A stretch of 64,000 nt of DNA, from the NCBI GenBank assembly GCA_000002435.2, contig CM018791.1. One strand, 5' to 3'. Shown here piece after piece: positions 54,521 to 64,000 of the stretch. The position numbers and the translations under genes are program-made. Numbering within the stretch: the first letter of the stretch is position 1; each line of letters starts with the position of its first letter. Source of the stretch: Giardia intestinalis. Its lineage: Eukaryota. The notes beneath the pieces were generated by a model that was given only the letters and a program-made list of their open reading frames with translations, did no database searches and had not been told where the DNA came from.

Positions 54521-54622
54521 CCAGCTCTGGACAAGTTATGATGTGGGCCACCAGGTCTCTTCAGTGCCTGATGATGACATCCTGTTAGCACAAAGTAAAT
54601 CTGCAAGTCCAAGTGGAGATAT

Positions 54623-56818
54623 ATGAAAATGGAAATTTTCAACGCACAGAGCTGGTTTCAGGCTGCCCGTGAAGGAGATGTAACTTTGCTTTCGGATCAC
54701 ATCAGCTCATATGCTAATCTGCAAGATGACGAGGGGAACACGGCTCTGATGTACGCCGCAAGAGAAGGCAAGATCCAGGCTGTTGACCTGCTCGCTTCCC
54801 TAGAAGCGGGGAAACTTAACAATGCCGATGAGTCGGCGATTATCCTGGCTATTGCGCGGGATTTCTACCCAGTATGTGCGCGTTTGTTCGAGCTAGAGTC
54901 TAAGATGATCCTCCCCAACAACAAAACCCTTCTCATGATTTCTGCGGAGGCAGGAGCTGTGAATTGCACACGCTTTTTAGCGCGATACTATGATGCTGAA
55001 GCAGACAGCTCTGGGAGGACCGCATTGGAGTATGCAGCTGCACGCGGCTCAGCAGAAATAATTCAGATTCTCTTGAATAGAGACACGCGTCTGGGAACTA
55101 GAGAACTTGCGAGAGCCATTGCGGTGACAAGACACGTAGGTCACACAGATCTTGCAGATCTTCTGCAGCTCCACCTTACACAACTGCAGGCCGTTGAAGG
55201 CACTTGTCAGAAGTGTGCACGGCTTCAAGCATACATCACTGCGCTAGAGGAAGAGAACAGAAGAATGTCAGCGAGCAATGCACAATGTATGCAAACAATT
55301 GCAAAGAAGGACCACGAAATAGAACAACTCAAATCCACAGTCAACAATTTACTACTGGACACAGACATGCGAAAAATCTTTGCTATAGGGGACGAGGCCC
55401 ATGTAACCGAACGACAGGGTGTTCACCGCAAGCGCAGAAAAACACTGAACACAAAATCTATGAGGGCAGACCTTTTCAACATTGCTGACGTTGAGATAAA
55501 TGTTGCGGCATTTCTAGACTACATGGCCTACGTGACAAAATTTTACAGATTTTCAGATCTTGCTACTACAGTTAATTCGCTTATGGGGAAATCCCACCGA
55601 GATCACTTACTAGAGAGAAACCCCGAGGATGCAGTGCCTAATCTGGAAAGTGAGATATCCAAAGAGATCGTACGCACGCTTGCCAAGATGCGGGGCTCAG
55701 CATTCAACATCTGCACTGGCATGAAAAACCTGGTGTCTCTCATTGATAGTCAAGTGCAGCTGCAGGACCTGATTTCCAGTGACATACTGGAGCAGTCTCC
55801 TCTGATAGAAGCAGTCATCTCACATGACTTGTCTAAGCTAAGAGAGAACCTCCAATATGTAGGTCTCCGTGATTCCAAGGGAAGAACCGCGCTGATGCAC
55901 GCCAGTGTTTGCGGGACCCGGGACTCTATACTTGTGCTTGCTCCGCTGGAGGCAGGACTCCGTGACTTAGATGGAAAACTCGCCATAGATCACTGTCTGG
56001 AACACAATCGCCTGGATGAGGCCGCGATTGTCCTTCCATACGACATGCCTGAGTACCGAGAACTACCAATAGCGTCATCAGAATTCAACAAGACGCCTCT
56101 CATGTGCGCAGCAGAGGCAGGAAGGCTTCTGGACTGCTTTTGCTACCTGCAGCTAGGGCTAGCACAGCAGCGAGATTACCGACAGTATACAGCGTTGATG
56201 TTTGCCGTAGAGGCTGGTCAGGAAAGCACGGTGAGAATGCTCCTTCGTCAGGAATCAACTTTACGTGACTGCGAAGGACAAACGGCCCTGTACCACGCTG
56301 CCAGTCATGGGCATGCTAGCTGCGTCAAATTGCTAGCCAGTGCAGAGGCCAGGGCCCAACGGCATGAGACAAAATGGACTGCGCTGATGGTGGCTGCTTA
56401 TAATGGTCATGAGGAGTGTGTTCAGGAACTGCTAAGTTACGAAGCCGGAATGCGTGATGTTAATTCCTGCACTGCCCTTATGCTGGCAGCGCAGCGGGGT
56501 CACTTAAATAGCGTGAAGGCACTTCTCAGTGTGGAGGCCCGGAAAACAACAACCAGCGCATACTACCGAGGGGAGGGCTGCACTGCTTTAATGATGGCAG
56601 CATTCTACGGACATAAGGAGTGTGTGAAGGTGCTTCTACCCGCGGAGTACGACTGTGAGAAGCAGTGCATAGACTCAGAGACAAAAAGTACAGCGCTGGA
56701 CTACGCCTGTATCCCGGACAAGGGCGTTTCTCAGGAGACCAAGGAAGAAATCATTAACATCATAGAAACATTTCTTCACGCAGGATCTGAATTCAGCGGC
56801 GCCACTTCCGGATCTTAG
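54623..56818 (+). CDS. ankyrin-repeat protein (21.1-like) with central coiled coil
   Basis: Verified ATG, ~100 bp outside the palindrome boundary. Ankyrin motifs GNTALMYAAREGK, GRTALEYAAARGS, GRTALMHASVCG, YTALMFAVEAGQ, WTALMVAAYNGH and CTALMLAAQRGH, plus a coiled coil LQAYITALEEENRRM. Confidence 0.7.
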   Translation: MKMEIFNAQSWFQAAREGDVTLLSDHISSYANLQDDEGNTALMYAAREGKIQAVDLLASLEAGKLNNADESAIILAIARDFYPVCARLFELESKMILPNNKTLLMISAEAGAVNCTRFLARYYDAEADSSGRTALEYAAARGSAEIIQILLNRDTRLGTRELARAIAVTRHVGHTDLADLLQLHLTQLQAVEGTCQKCARLQAYITALEEENRRMSASNAQCMQTIAKKDHEIEQLKSTVNNLLLDTDMRKIFAIGDEAHVTERQGVHRKRRKTLNTKSMRADLFNIADVEINVAAFLDYMAYVTKFYRFSDLATTVNSLMGKSHRDHLLERNPEDAVPNLESEISKEIVRTLAKMRGSAFNICTGMKNLVSLIDSQVQLQDLISSDILEQSPLIEAVISHDLSKLRENLQYVGLRDSKGRTALMHASVCGTRDSILVLAPLEAGLRDLDGKLAIDHCLEHNRLDEAAIVLPYDMPEYRELPIASSEFNKTPLMCAAEAGRLLDCFCYLQLGLAQQRDYRQYTALMFAVEAGQESTVRMLLRQESTLRDCEGQTALYHAASHGHASCVKLLASAEARAQRHETKWTALMVAAYNGHEECVQELLSYEAGMRDVNSCTALMLAAQRGHLNSVKALLSVEARKTTTSAYYRGEGCTALMMAAFYGHKECVKVLLPAEYDCEKQCIDSETKSTALDYACIPDKGVSQETKEEIINIIETFLHAGSEFSGATSGS

Positions 56819-58985
56819 CTGGGTTCTTGCTCATCTTTCCGCCGCTAAGCGCCAAGTCGTCGATCATCTCGTCAAACTCGTCCTCAGTTATCTTTCCGCC
56901 CTTGAGTAAACTAAGCAAACGGGCCTCTCCAGAAAACTGTGCAGGAACGCGATTTCCGTGTGACAGCGCATGCTGTGTCAGGCTTGTCCGAATTGCCTCC
57001 GTGATCTCGTTGCTTCCCTCCTTGTGTCTCGATAGTTCACGCTCCTGACGCATCTGCTCCCGGGCCTCTTTCTTTCTGGTGGATATGTCTAACTGGACCT
57101 GCCTGCTCTCCTCTCTTTTTGGATTAGAATAGACTATCTTGCTCACATCTATGTCCACCGACTTGAAGTTTATATGCTTTCTGCGAAGTATGTTGTGGTT
57201 GGGGAGCTTCAGCAGGCCAAGCGAGACCGCAAACTCCCCCAGCGGCAGCTTTTCCACATTGAAGATCAGCTTTGCCTCGTTCTCGTTGTAGCCGCTCAGC
57301 CAGGTCTCAAGCGCACGCTGGCAGGATTCGAAGACTTCTCGCTTTTCCGATTGCACCTGCCGTAAGAACTTTGTCAAGTTATGATCATACATATAGTTCT
57401 TCTGCTCTAGGTAGTTCTTTTCTTGCTCCAGAAGAATACTTAGCCGCTTCCTTGCTTCATTCAGCGGGAGCTCTATGGTAGTATGAATTACACTTTGCAT
57501 CTTCTGCACGGCTGTAGTTGTGCTATCAGCGCTTTCTGCAGCCAAGCTTGCTCTCTGTTGATTCGTAGCCAACGCGCGCGTAAGCTTCTTGGTTTTTTGG
57601 GTCAGTTCTTTGATTGATGCTTGAAGTGTGCTAAACTCTTCTGCTGTCAGTGCTGACCGGTCGGGAGAGGCTGGCGGAGATGTAATAAGATTCGTGAACT
57701 CGCAGCCAGGCATGTCAGTGGTGCAGACATCAAAAAGCTGTGCATCCTGCTCACTGGTAAGTTCGCGCAGCGGAACGCCCCTTGTCCGCAGAAGGCTGAC
57801 AATTCCAATCTCCTCGAGGCCTAAAAAGATGCCCGCGTCTCCGCTACGATAGCAGCGCGCTGTACGACCGGCGCGATGGGTGTATGTGGCAATAAGCTTT
57901 GGCGGGTCGAATTGCAGAACATGACTGATGTCGCTAATGTCAAGACCACGGGCCGAGATGTCAGTGGTGAAAAGCACAGCGAACCGCGTATCGGCAAGGA
58001 ACGAGTTATAGTTTTTGATCTTCGTTTCTTGCGACTGCTTGCCGTTGAAGCAATAGATTCCCACCTGCTGGTCAGGTAATAGCTCGAAGATGTGCGTGAA
58101 TGCGAAGCTCATATACTGGGACATAGAGCACGTCATAAAAAAGACGATAAGCTTCTTAGGGCTATCCGCTTTGTGTTGCGAACGCAGAGCGTTTATGTGT
58201 CTCAGCAGCATGTAGAGCTTCTGCTCGTACGGAACCACCTTATACCACATAACGAGGTTCTGTGGGACGATATACATGTCCTGCTCTTTGGCTGCATTAT
58301 ATAGCTTGACAACGTGAGGGTTGCGCATAAGGAGTGCAAGGTCTGCCTCCGTCACAGAATCAAACGTTGCACTGAAAAGGCCCGTGCGGCGCTGCGATGG
58401 AAGCTTTGCTCGGATATAGGGGAAGTCCTTCGACACAATCACCTGATCTGCTTCGTCGATGATAAGAATCTCCAAATCCTTGAGAGAAACGAGGCCGTCG
58501 GCCAAGTAGTACCTGAGCCGGCCGGGAGTGGCAACAACCAAAGGTCTGTCTAGGAGAGAGCCACTAGCCTGATCTATTGGTGCATCCGTGCCTCCTATCA
58601 AGAGCAGCACGTAATGGCGGGATATGATCTGTATGAGAACGTCGTAAATTTGCTGTGCCAGCACCTGCGTCGGAGCAACGATCAAGGCGTGGATATAGCC
58701 AGACCGCGGATCAGATTCATTTAGAGATTCATCTTCTACGTCCAGAAGGCGCGGGATCTTTTCAATCAGTGAAACAATGATCGGAACTAGGTACGCAAAC
58801 GTCTTGCCGGAACCTGTCTCGGCTTGGGCTGCTATATCCTTATGCTGACAGAGCAAGGGAATCGCGCACTCCTGGACTGGTGTCATGTTTGTGAAGCTGA
58901 AGCGGCTCTTCAGGATGTGGAGGAGTGCATCAGGCACCTGTGGAATCGACTTTTTCAGGCTGTCCCACGGGGCGCCAAAGTTCAT
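56793..58985 (-). CDS. DEAD-box ATP-dependent RNA helicase with C-terminal coiled-coil/basic tail
   Basis: The track start at 59006 is TTG; the first ATG is at 58985 with an A-rich leader. It has the Q-motif FTNMTPVQ, motif I AQAETGSGKTFAYLVP, motif II IIDEADQV, motif III FSAT and motif VI HRAGRTAR. Confidence 0.85.
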   Translation of the reverse strand: MNFGAPWDSLKKSIPQVPDALLHILKSRFSFTNMTPVQECAIPLLCQHKDIAAQAETGSGKTFAYLVPIIVSLIEKIPRLLDVEDESLNESDPRSGYIHALIVAPTQVLAQQIYDVLIQIISRHYVLLLIGGTDAPIDQASGSLLDRPLVVATPGRLRYYLADGLVSLKDLEILIIDEADQVIVSKDFPYIRAKLPSQRRTGLFSATFDSVTEADLALLMRNPHVVKLYNAAKEQDMYIVPQNLVMWYKVVPYEQKLYMLLRHINALRSQHKADSPKKLIVFFMTCSMSQYMSFAFTHIFELLPDQQVGIYCFNGKQSQETKIKNYNSFLADTRFAVLFTTDISARGLDISDISHVLQFDPPKLIATYTHRAGRTARCYRSGDAGIFLGLEEIGIVSLLRTRGVPLRELTSEQDAQLFDVCTTDMPGCEFTNLITSPPASPDRSALTAEEFSTLQASIKELTQKTKKLTRALATNQQRASLAAESADSTTTAVQKMQSVIHTTIELPLNEARKRLSILLEQEKNYLEQKNYMYDHNLTKFLRQVQSEKREVFESCQRALETWLSGYNENEAKLIFNVEKLPLGEFAVSLGLLKLPNHNILRRKHINFKSVDIDVSKIVYSNPKREESRQVQLDISTRKKEAREQMRQERELSRHKEGSNEITEAIRTSLTQHALSHGNRVPAQFSGEARLLSLLKGGKITEDEFDEMIDDLALSGGKMSKNPAKIRKWRR

Positions 58986-59023
58986 TGAATCTCTTTTTTG
59001 CTCCAATAAAACAACTCTGTATT
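58986..59023. promoter_or_regulatory. 38-bp A/T-rich divergent intergenic region between the DEAD-box helicase and downstream hypothetical gene ATGs
   Basis: ttgaatctcttttttgctccaataaaacaactctgtatt lies between head-to-head ATGs at 58985 (-) and 59024 (+). Confidence 0.4.
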
Positions 59024-60037
59024 ATGCGTGCTGCCCCCACCTCGAAGGCGCATGGGCAGGCTGCAAGTCCTCGCTTGGAGCTTGAGGACCTGCTTCTTCA
59101 GTGCAAGCGCGCAGCCTCCCGGACGCCGATGAACAACACTCTGGGAAGGTCTAACGGCCACAGCCGCTCGCTCTTCGAATCTCGCAACTCCATGTATAAT
59201 TCCCTTAAGCCGCTTGTCTCTCGAATCATAGACGAACCTAATCCATCCCTCGCTTTTACTCATAGAATTTGTACGAGCGATATCACCCTTCCGATTCAGT
59301 CTGCCGTTTCTGAGGCGGAGGTAGAAGAGAGCAGAGATTGCATTTCTAGCTCGCTGGTATCCTACAAGCCCAACATAGGTGCCTGTGCCCCCTCACTGCT
59401 GCCTGACGGTGCTATCAGCAGCGGCCTGGGCTCCATCGTTAGCAGCCCGATTCAGATAAGGGCGGCCCAACGACATTCGCCTTCGTTGCGCGCATCGTCT
59501 CCCCTGGTTCTTGCCAAGCCAATGACATGCAGTGCCTCTTCTCAGCTACGTGAGCAGAAGACGCCCATGCCCACTGCTATTTCGCTTATCGACTGCTGCG
59601 GCACTTCCACAGCGCAGCCAGACACAACGCTTCGGCTCTCTTCTCTCTCGTCGCAAAGGCAGGAGGACTCTGGTCCGAGGGCGTCCATGCCAGGGCTGCC
59701 GGGGACCAATAGTCCTGCTCTCTTCTACGTTTTGCGGCTGATCATCTGCCAGCATCACGCCAAGATCATTAGGGCTCGAGTCGATTCCCAGGGATACTAC
59801 CTTTTGGTTCTCAACTCTTCCCACAGTCTTCTGGGCCTTGTCCAAAAGCTTTCTTCGGGCGCACTTGCTAAAGTTTGGGGAAAGGCCTTTGAGATAGACA
59901 AGTTCGCCACGTGTGCGCGCGGAAAGACCTTGTGTGACAGCATGGTCAAGTCGTACATGGTGCTTCGCGACGGCGTGATCTACCTGGAAGACCCGCCAGT
60001 TCAATACACTAACCATACTGTTGGGCTCGTTATTTGA
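59024..60037 (+). CDS. hypothetical Ser/Pro-rich protein
   Basis: The track start at 58925 is GTG and would overlap the helicase. The first ATG is at 59024 (MRAAPTSKAHGQ...). No family motif. Confidence 0.4.
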   Translation: MRAAPTSKAHGQAASPRLELEDLLLQCKRAASRTPMNNTLGRSNGHSRSLFESRNSMYNSLKPLVSRIIDEPNPSLAFTHRICTSDITLPIQSAVSEAEVEESRDCISSSLVSYKPNIGACAPSLLPDGAISSGLGSIVSSPIQIRAAQRHSPSLRASSPLVLAKPMTCSASSQLREQKTPMPTAISLIDCCGTSTAQPDTTLRLSSLSSQRQEDSGPRASMPGLPGTNSPALFYVLRLIICQHHAKIIRARVDSQGYYLLVLNSSHSLLGLVQKLSSGALAKVWGKAFEIDKFATCARGKTLCDSMVKSYMVLRDGVIYLEDPPVQYTNHTVGLVI

Positions 60038-60259
60038 TTTTGTTAAGTAATCGGTGTAAATTATTTTGAAGATTCCAGTCAGAATTACTCTTTGAGGCTC
60101 TTACGCTCAACCGCTTGCATGAGCTGATGATGTGCGTCTACGCTATGCTGCAAATCGTTGAACAAGTGCATGGCCTGTTCAGTCGAACTCAGATAGCGGG
60201 GAGACGCGATGGGGTCTGGTGCGGCGGCCATAGAATTAATTTTGGCACGGACGCAGTTG

Positions 60260-63200
60260 CTACAGGTCTATGTCAAGCTCGTTGAAGGTGGAGAGTGGCT
60301 CATTAACTGCGTTCCCGACGCCTATGCTCAAGCTTCTACTGGCCAGGCCCTCCCCCATGGCTCCTCCCTGCGCGCTCCGCTCCAGTGACGCTCCTCCCTC
60401 GAACTGCTTGCTGTCATAGAAATCCATTTCAGCTCCGCTCATGTTGGCCAAGTAATCAAGAGTAGAGTCGGCCATCCCACCCTCTACCCTGCCGGCGGGC
60501 TTCTTTTCATCGACAAAGTCCATCTCCCAGGCCTCTAGCTTTCTTGTAGTTGGCGTCTTTTGATGCACGCTTTTCTCCTCCAGAAGGTAGTGCGAGTCTG
60601 GGTCGAGATCCTGCATGTCGTCGAGTCGCGGGGCTGTGGAGGGCTTTATAGTGATCTCTGGACTGTCGATAAATTCGTTCAAGGTGTCATCGGGCGGGAT
60701 GATCTTGCGACCAGATGGTTGCAGACTGCGCTGCTGACTACTGGGATGAGGCTCCCCGAGTCCTTGGCCTTGTACAGAGTAGCTATCCGAATAATAGTTG
60801 AGATCCACGTCAGTCATGGGTGCAGACCTTTCATATGACACCGGATTGGGCAGATCATGCGAGGAGCCGTTCGCAATTCTTCCAGATGGGGGAGGCCTTT
60901 GTGCAAAAGAACTAGGAGATGCCCTGGGAGGAGACAATCTATTTATATCATTAGCGCTGCAAAGAGACCCAGACGCTATTGCAGGCTGCTGGGAGATACT
61001 TTGATTTGTAAAAGCGCCGTGCTCGCTTTCCTGAGCTAAGCTCTGCCTCGCAACTGCTCGTTTCCGCAGCGGAGACGTCTTGGCCTGCTCTGGGACCAGT
61101 AGCCCCTGTACTCCTAGCTTTCCAAAGTCAAAGGTGTCGCTGCTGTCATCGGGAACACTGATCTGTGGCCGTGCCAAGCCGCTCTCGGTAAGACTCTGCT
61201 CTAGACTAACATGTGCCATGCTAACACTGGATTGGTTAATATCTTTATCGATCATTGTTTCTGCTGCAAGAGTGGTTGCATTAGTAGGGCGGACAGGGGT
61301 ACCACCCTCAAATCTGCTGAGGGTTAAGCTCCCAACTAGCTCTCCCGCTTCTCGTGCCTGTTGTCGGTGGTGTGCGAGGGACTCTGGGGTCCTATTCGCA
61401 GTGATATTTTGCACATGCTCATCCACATGCGGTTCCTCTTCGAAATAGGAGCCAAGAGTAGCATTCTGGACTGCATAGGATGGATTTGAGGCCACGGATA
61501 TGGCATGCGCCAAAGAGATGTCTAGCTCGCCACTATTTGTTGAATCAGGAATAATGGTTGAGCCTTCGGTAACGTTTTCATCGTTAAAGTCTTCCAGCTC
61601 CATGCTCTCGTTTGTGGGGCCGGTGTAGCTATCAACCCTACTTACATAACCATCATCGTCTACGTCCTGCAGATAATTTTCAGATATTCTCTGATCAGGT
61701 TCTTCTAACTGCACATCGTGGACAGGATCATGAACCTCCACAACGGCTTTCTTCGGGTCTTCGCACTGAAGCTCAAGGTCTGGGGACTCAACAGAGATGA
61801 GTGGTTTGCGCCGTCCGATGGAAGTCGCTAAATCGTTTGAAGACATGCTTCGTTCTGGAGTCTTCTGCTTCGGAGGGTGCTGCTGGATGCACACCGGAGA
61901 TTCGGTCTTCTGGGCCAGGAAGAGAGAGACTGAGCCTAGTGTAGTGTTGCTTGCCTTAGAGGAGTTTCTATCGGGAAGCGCAGAGAATGAGGAAGCGGAC
62001 CGTAGGGCAGGGCTTTCAAATCTGCGGCCAGAAGCAGAACCTAGAGGCTCTATAGGACCACTCTTCCCATAGTATTCCTCAAACTCATTGGGTCGCCGCA
62101 CATATGAAGTGTGTGCACGCTTCTCAACAGATGATGTGATGCGCTTGTAACTAGACTCTGCAAGGGAGTTTCCTGGCCGCGGAGTTACGCGACTTTCTTC
62201 CTCAGACTCCCTCTTTCGAGGCCCGGTGCTCCGACCAAGGGATCTAGGAACCACCGGCTGGAGAATCATCGGTTCCGCCAATGAGTCCGTAATTGATGGA
62301 CCACAGTCTTCACGCTCGGAGGCAGATGGCTTGCGTGACTTTTCACTACGAGGTGGTATTCTTGGAGGAGATTGGTTTGCATTCACAATAGATCCTCGTC
62401 GCTGTGACACCCCCGAGAGCGTGGGAGTGTTAGCTTCACTGGCAGTTAAAGTGGCTTCTTGAAGACTAACTTTATCCATAAATGCCCCAGATATCTCCAT
62501 CACCAATGCATCGATCTCCTCTCGGTACAGGTACCCCTTAGAGCCGGCATACATAAGCTTACCGTGCACACTCTGAAGGATCGCGCGTATCTTCTTGCTA
62601 TATGCTACTAGCTCATTGACACGGCGTTTGAGCCGCACACGGTCAGCGGCGAGAGATACTTGCTCTTCTTCAAGTTTAGCTAGCGCGGCCCGCAACGTTG
62701 CATTGTCTGCGCTGAGGGTCTCAATCTTCTCAACAAGATGGTCTGATGTTTGGGATGGATGAGACATCATCCTAGACTGGAGCTCTGAGAGGTCGGACGC
62801 CAACTGATCGGATCTCTGCCGAAGCAGGATCTCCTCGTTCTCCTTTTCTCGCAGAGTCCTCTTCAAGTTTGTGATTTCGATGACGTACTTCTCGTTGAGG
62901 ACATGCAGGTCTTCCGTTGGGTCGGTGGGAATAATTGTTGTGATCACTGGAGCGTTGTGTTGCACGCTAACGGGGGACTGGCTGCGTAGCTCGCTGATGA
63001 GGAGGTCCTTCTCCCTCAGCTCCTCCCGGAGCCGCGTGCTTTCTGCCAGCGCCTTCTGCGCCTGTGCACTACACTCAGAGAGCTGGGAGACCTTTGCAGA
63101 CAGGTCCTCCACGATTGCCTGCAGGCGCTTGTTCTCCTCCTCGTACGCTGGCAGGGGTTGCGACGCGCCCCGGGGGGCAGAGATGGTCGACCCTGCGCGC

Positions 63201-63379
63201 GGTGGCAGGTCTGTGCTCGGCTCGTCGGGGTGGAGGCTCAGGGCCCCGAACACGCCCTCCGAAGCTGCGCTCAGGGGCCGCCGGCCGTCCTGCGTAACGC
63301 TGATCTCGGTTGCAGAGTCCGCCTGCATCTGTAGCTGCTTGCTCTGGGCCTCCAGCTCGAGGACGCTGGCCTTTGTCAT
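60260..63379 (-). CDS. coiled-coil protein with long Ser/Pro-rich low-complexity C-terminal region
   Basis: The track start at 63523 is TTG with a stop immediately upstream; the first ATG is at 63379. The N-terminal ~330 aa are heptad-rich (LKRRVNELVAYSKKIRAIL, LRQRSDQLASDLSELQSRM) and the remainder is S/P/T-rich. Confidence 0.45.
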   Translation of the reverse strand: MTKASVLELEAQSKQLQMQADSATEISVTQDGRRPLSAASEGVFGALSLHPDEPSTDLPPRAGSTISAPRGASQPLPAYEEENKRLQAIVEDLSAKVSQLSECSAQAQKALAESTRLREELREKDLLISELRSQSPVSVQHNAPVITTIIPTDPTEDLHVLNEKYVIEITNLKRTLREKENEEILLRQRSDQLASDLSELQSRMMSHPSQTSDHLVEKIETLSADNATLRAALAKLEEEQVSLAADRVRLKRRVNELVAYSKKIRAILQSVHGKLMYAGSKGYLYREEIDALVMEISGAFMDKVSLQEATLTASEANTPTLSGVSQRRGSIVNANQSPPRIPPRSEKSRKPSASEREDCGPSITDSLAEPMILQPVVPRSLGRSTGPRKRESEEESRVTPRPGNSLAESSYKRITSSVEKRAHTSYVRRPNEFEEYYGKSGPIEPLGSASGRRFESPALRSASSFSALPDRNSSKASNTTLGSVSLFLAQKTESPVCIQQHPPKQKTPERSMSSNDLATSIGRRKPLISVESPDLELQCEDPKKAVVEVHDPVHDVQLEEPDQRISENYLQDVDDDGYVSRVDSYTGPTNESMELEDFNDENVTEGSTIIPDSTNSGELDISLAHAISVASNPSYAVQNATLGSYFEEEPHVDEHVQNITANRTPESLAHHRQQAREAGELVGSLTLSRFEGGTPVRPTNATTLAAETMIDKDINQSSVSMAHVSLEQSLTESGLARPQISVPDDSSDTFDFGKLGVQGLLVPEQAKTSPLRKRAVARQSLAQESEHGAFTNQSISQQPAIASGSLCSANDINRLSPPRASPSSFAQRPPPSGRIANGSSHDLPNPVSYERSAPMTDVDLNYYSDSYSVQGQGLGEPHPSSQQRSLQPSGRKIIPPDDTLNEFIDSPEITIKPSTAPRLDDMQDLDPDSHYLLEEKSVHQKTPTTRKLEAWEMDFVDEKKPAGRVEGGMADSTLDYLANMSGAEMDFYDSKQFEGGASLERSAQGGAMGEGLASRSLSIGVGNAVNEPLSTFNELDIDL

Positions 63380-63702
63380 CAGGTGCAAGGCCCGGGACTG
63401 CAGCTCCCTCAAGTTTACTGCAAGCAGCTCCCTCTGTTTCTGGACCGTCTTGTACTCGAACTCCAGCTTCAGGTGGTCGCTGGACAGCACGGACAGCCGG
63501 GTCTGCAGTTCCTGCGTGATCAATTAGCAATGCCAATACCGATTAGCAGAGACGTTTACTCAGATCAGAAAGGTATAGCCTACAAGGTAGAAGGCGCGCA
63601 GTAGACATATGACAAGATACTTCCATGTTTAGTGGATTTGTAGAAGAAGGGGGCTATTGAAATCTGCGGCGCACCCTAATAATCTTCATTTTAAAAAAGT
63701 GA

Positions 63703-64000
63703 ATGGACTTTGACTTCAATGCTCCGGCACAGCAAGCCCCTGGAGACCCGTTCGCTCTTCCTCAGCAAAGCTCCGAATCAGCCCCCAAGAAGAAACAATC
63801 GAAGTGCAATTTAGAGCATGTGGTGGTCTACTCCTTTTTCATCATACTTAAGTCTGCTTCTCCTGTGTTAGCTATTGTTATGCTTGGAATAGATTTGGGC
63901 GTGGTAAAACTCCTTCCCCCTGCTATGCTACTTACTGTGATGGACGAGTGGTTTACGCATCACATCGCTGGCAGACGTATGGTGCGTCTTCGCTATCATA
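63703..64000 (+). CDS. 5' part of a hypothetical membrane protein (ORF open to window end)
   Basis: An ATG at 63703 is preceded by cattttaaaaaagtga, an A-rich leader typical of Giardia. Ninety-nine codons follow without a stop, including a hydrophobic stretch VVVYSFFIILKSASPVLAIVMLGIDLGVV. It is not in the ORF track because no stop lies within the window. Confidence 0.35.
   Translation, partial: MDFDFNAPAQQAPGDPFALPQQSSESAPKKKQSKCNLEHVVVYSFFIILKSASPVLAIVMLGIDLGVVKLLPPAMLLTVMDEWFTHHIAGRRMVRLRYH

Noticed and set aside
1-64000. Prokaryotic-style features (operons, CRISPR arrays, RBS, rho-independent terminators, IS elements)
   Set aside because: The sequence is eukaryotic (Giardia). There is no repeat-spacer array and no transposase or integrase ORF. 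The only large repeat is the palindrome described above.

Overview
This window is eukaryotic, not prokaryotic. It reads as Giardia intestinalis (lamblia) nuclear DNA. The signs are GC near 50%, intronless genes packed almost end to end with very short A/T-rich leaders, several ankyrin-repeat ("21.1"-type) proteins, and two copies of a cysteine-rich variant-specific surface protein (VSP) ending in the invariant ...CRGKA tail. The supplied ORF track translates TTG/GTG/CTG as 'M'. Several listed starts are therefore not ATG (checked by reading the codons), and I moved those genes to the first in-frame ATG. I support about 23 protein-coding genes, most by motif reading:
- a UPF1-like SF1 helicase-domain protein (782..5197)
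- three ankyrin-repeat proteins (5459..8899, 18161..19933, 54623..56818)
- an ABCC/MRP-type ABC transporter (9183..13694)
- two long coiled-coil proteins (13730..16945, 60260..63379)
- an NAD-dependent sugar-nucleotide 4-epimerase (21520..22677)
- a NudC-like Nudix hydrolase (25312..26310)
- an Nbp35/Mrp Fe-S assembly ATPase (26421..27659)
- an eIF4E-like cap-binding protein (29175..29681)
- a DEAD-box RNA helicase (56793..58985)
- a cathepsin-B-like cysteine protease with a ~480-aa C-terminal extension (29872..32286)
- the VSP (39290..40945 and its copy 43632..45287)
- several hypothetical proteins.
The dominant structure is a ~24.5 kb palindrome centred at ~42288/42289. Its arms, ~30057..41512 and ~43064..54520, are base-perfect reverse complements over ~11.2 kb; every mirrored ORF pair is identical and their coordinates sum to 84577. 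Each arm carries the cathepsin-B-like gene, ~7 kb of unusually ORF-poor DNA, and the VSP gene, so the two identical VSPs converge on a ~1.55 kb unique, strand-asymmetric, low-complexity spacer. The outer palindrome boundary cuts the right-arm cathepsin copy at the start of its catalytic domain. That copy has no ATG and no signal or pro region, and is probably a pseudogene. No rRNA, tRNA, CRISPR or transposon ORF could be supported by eye.
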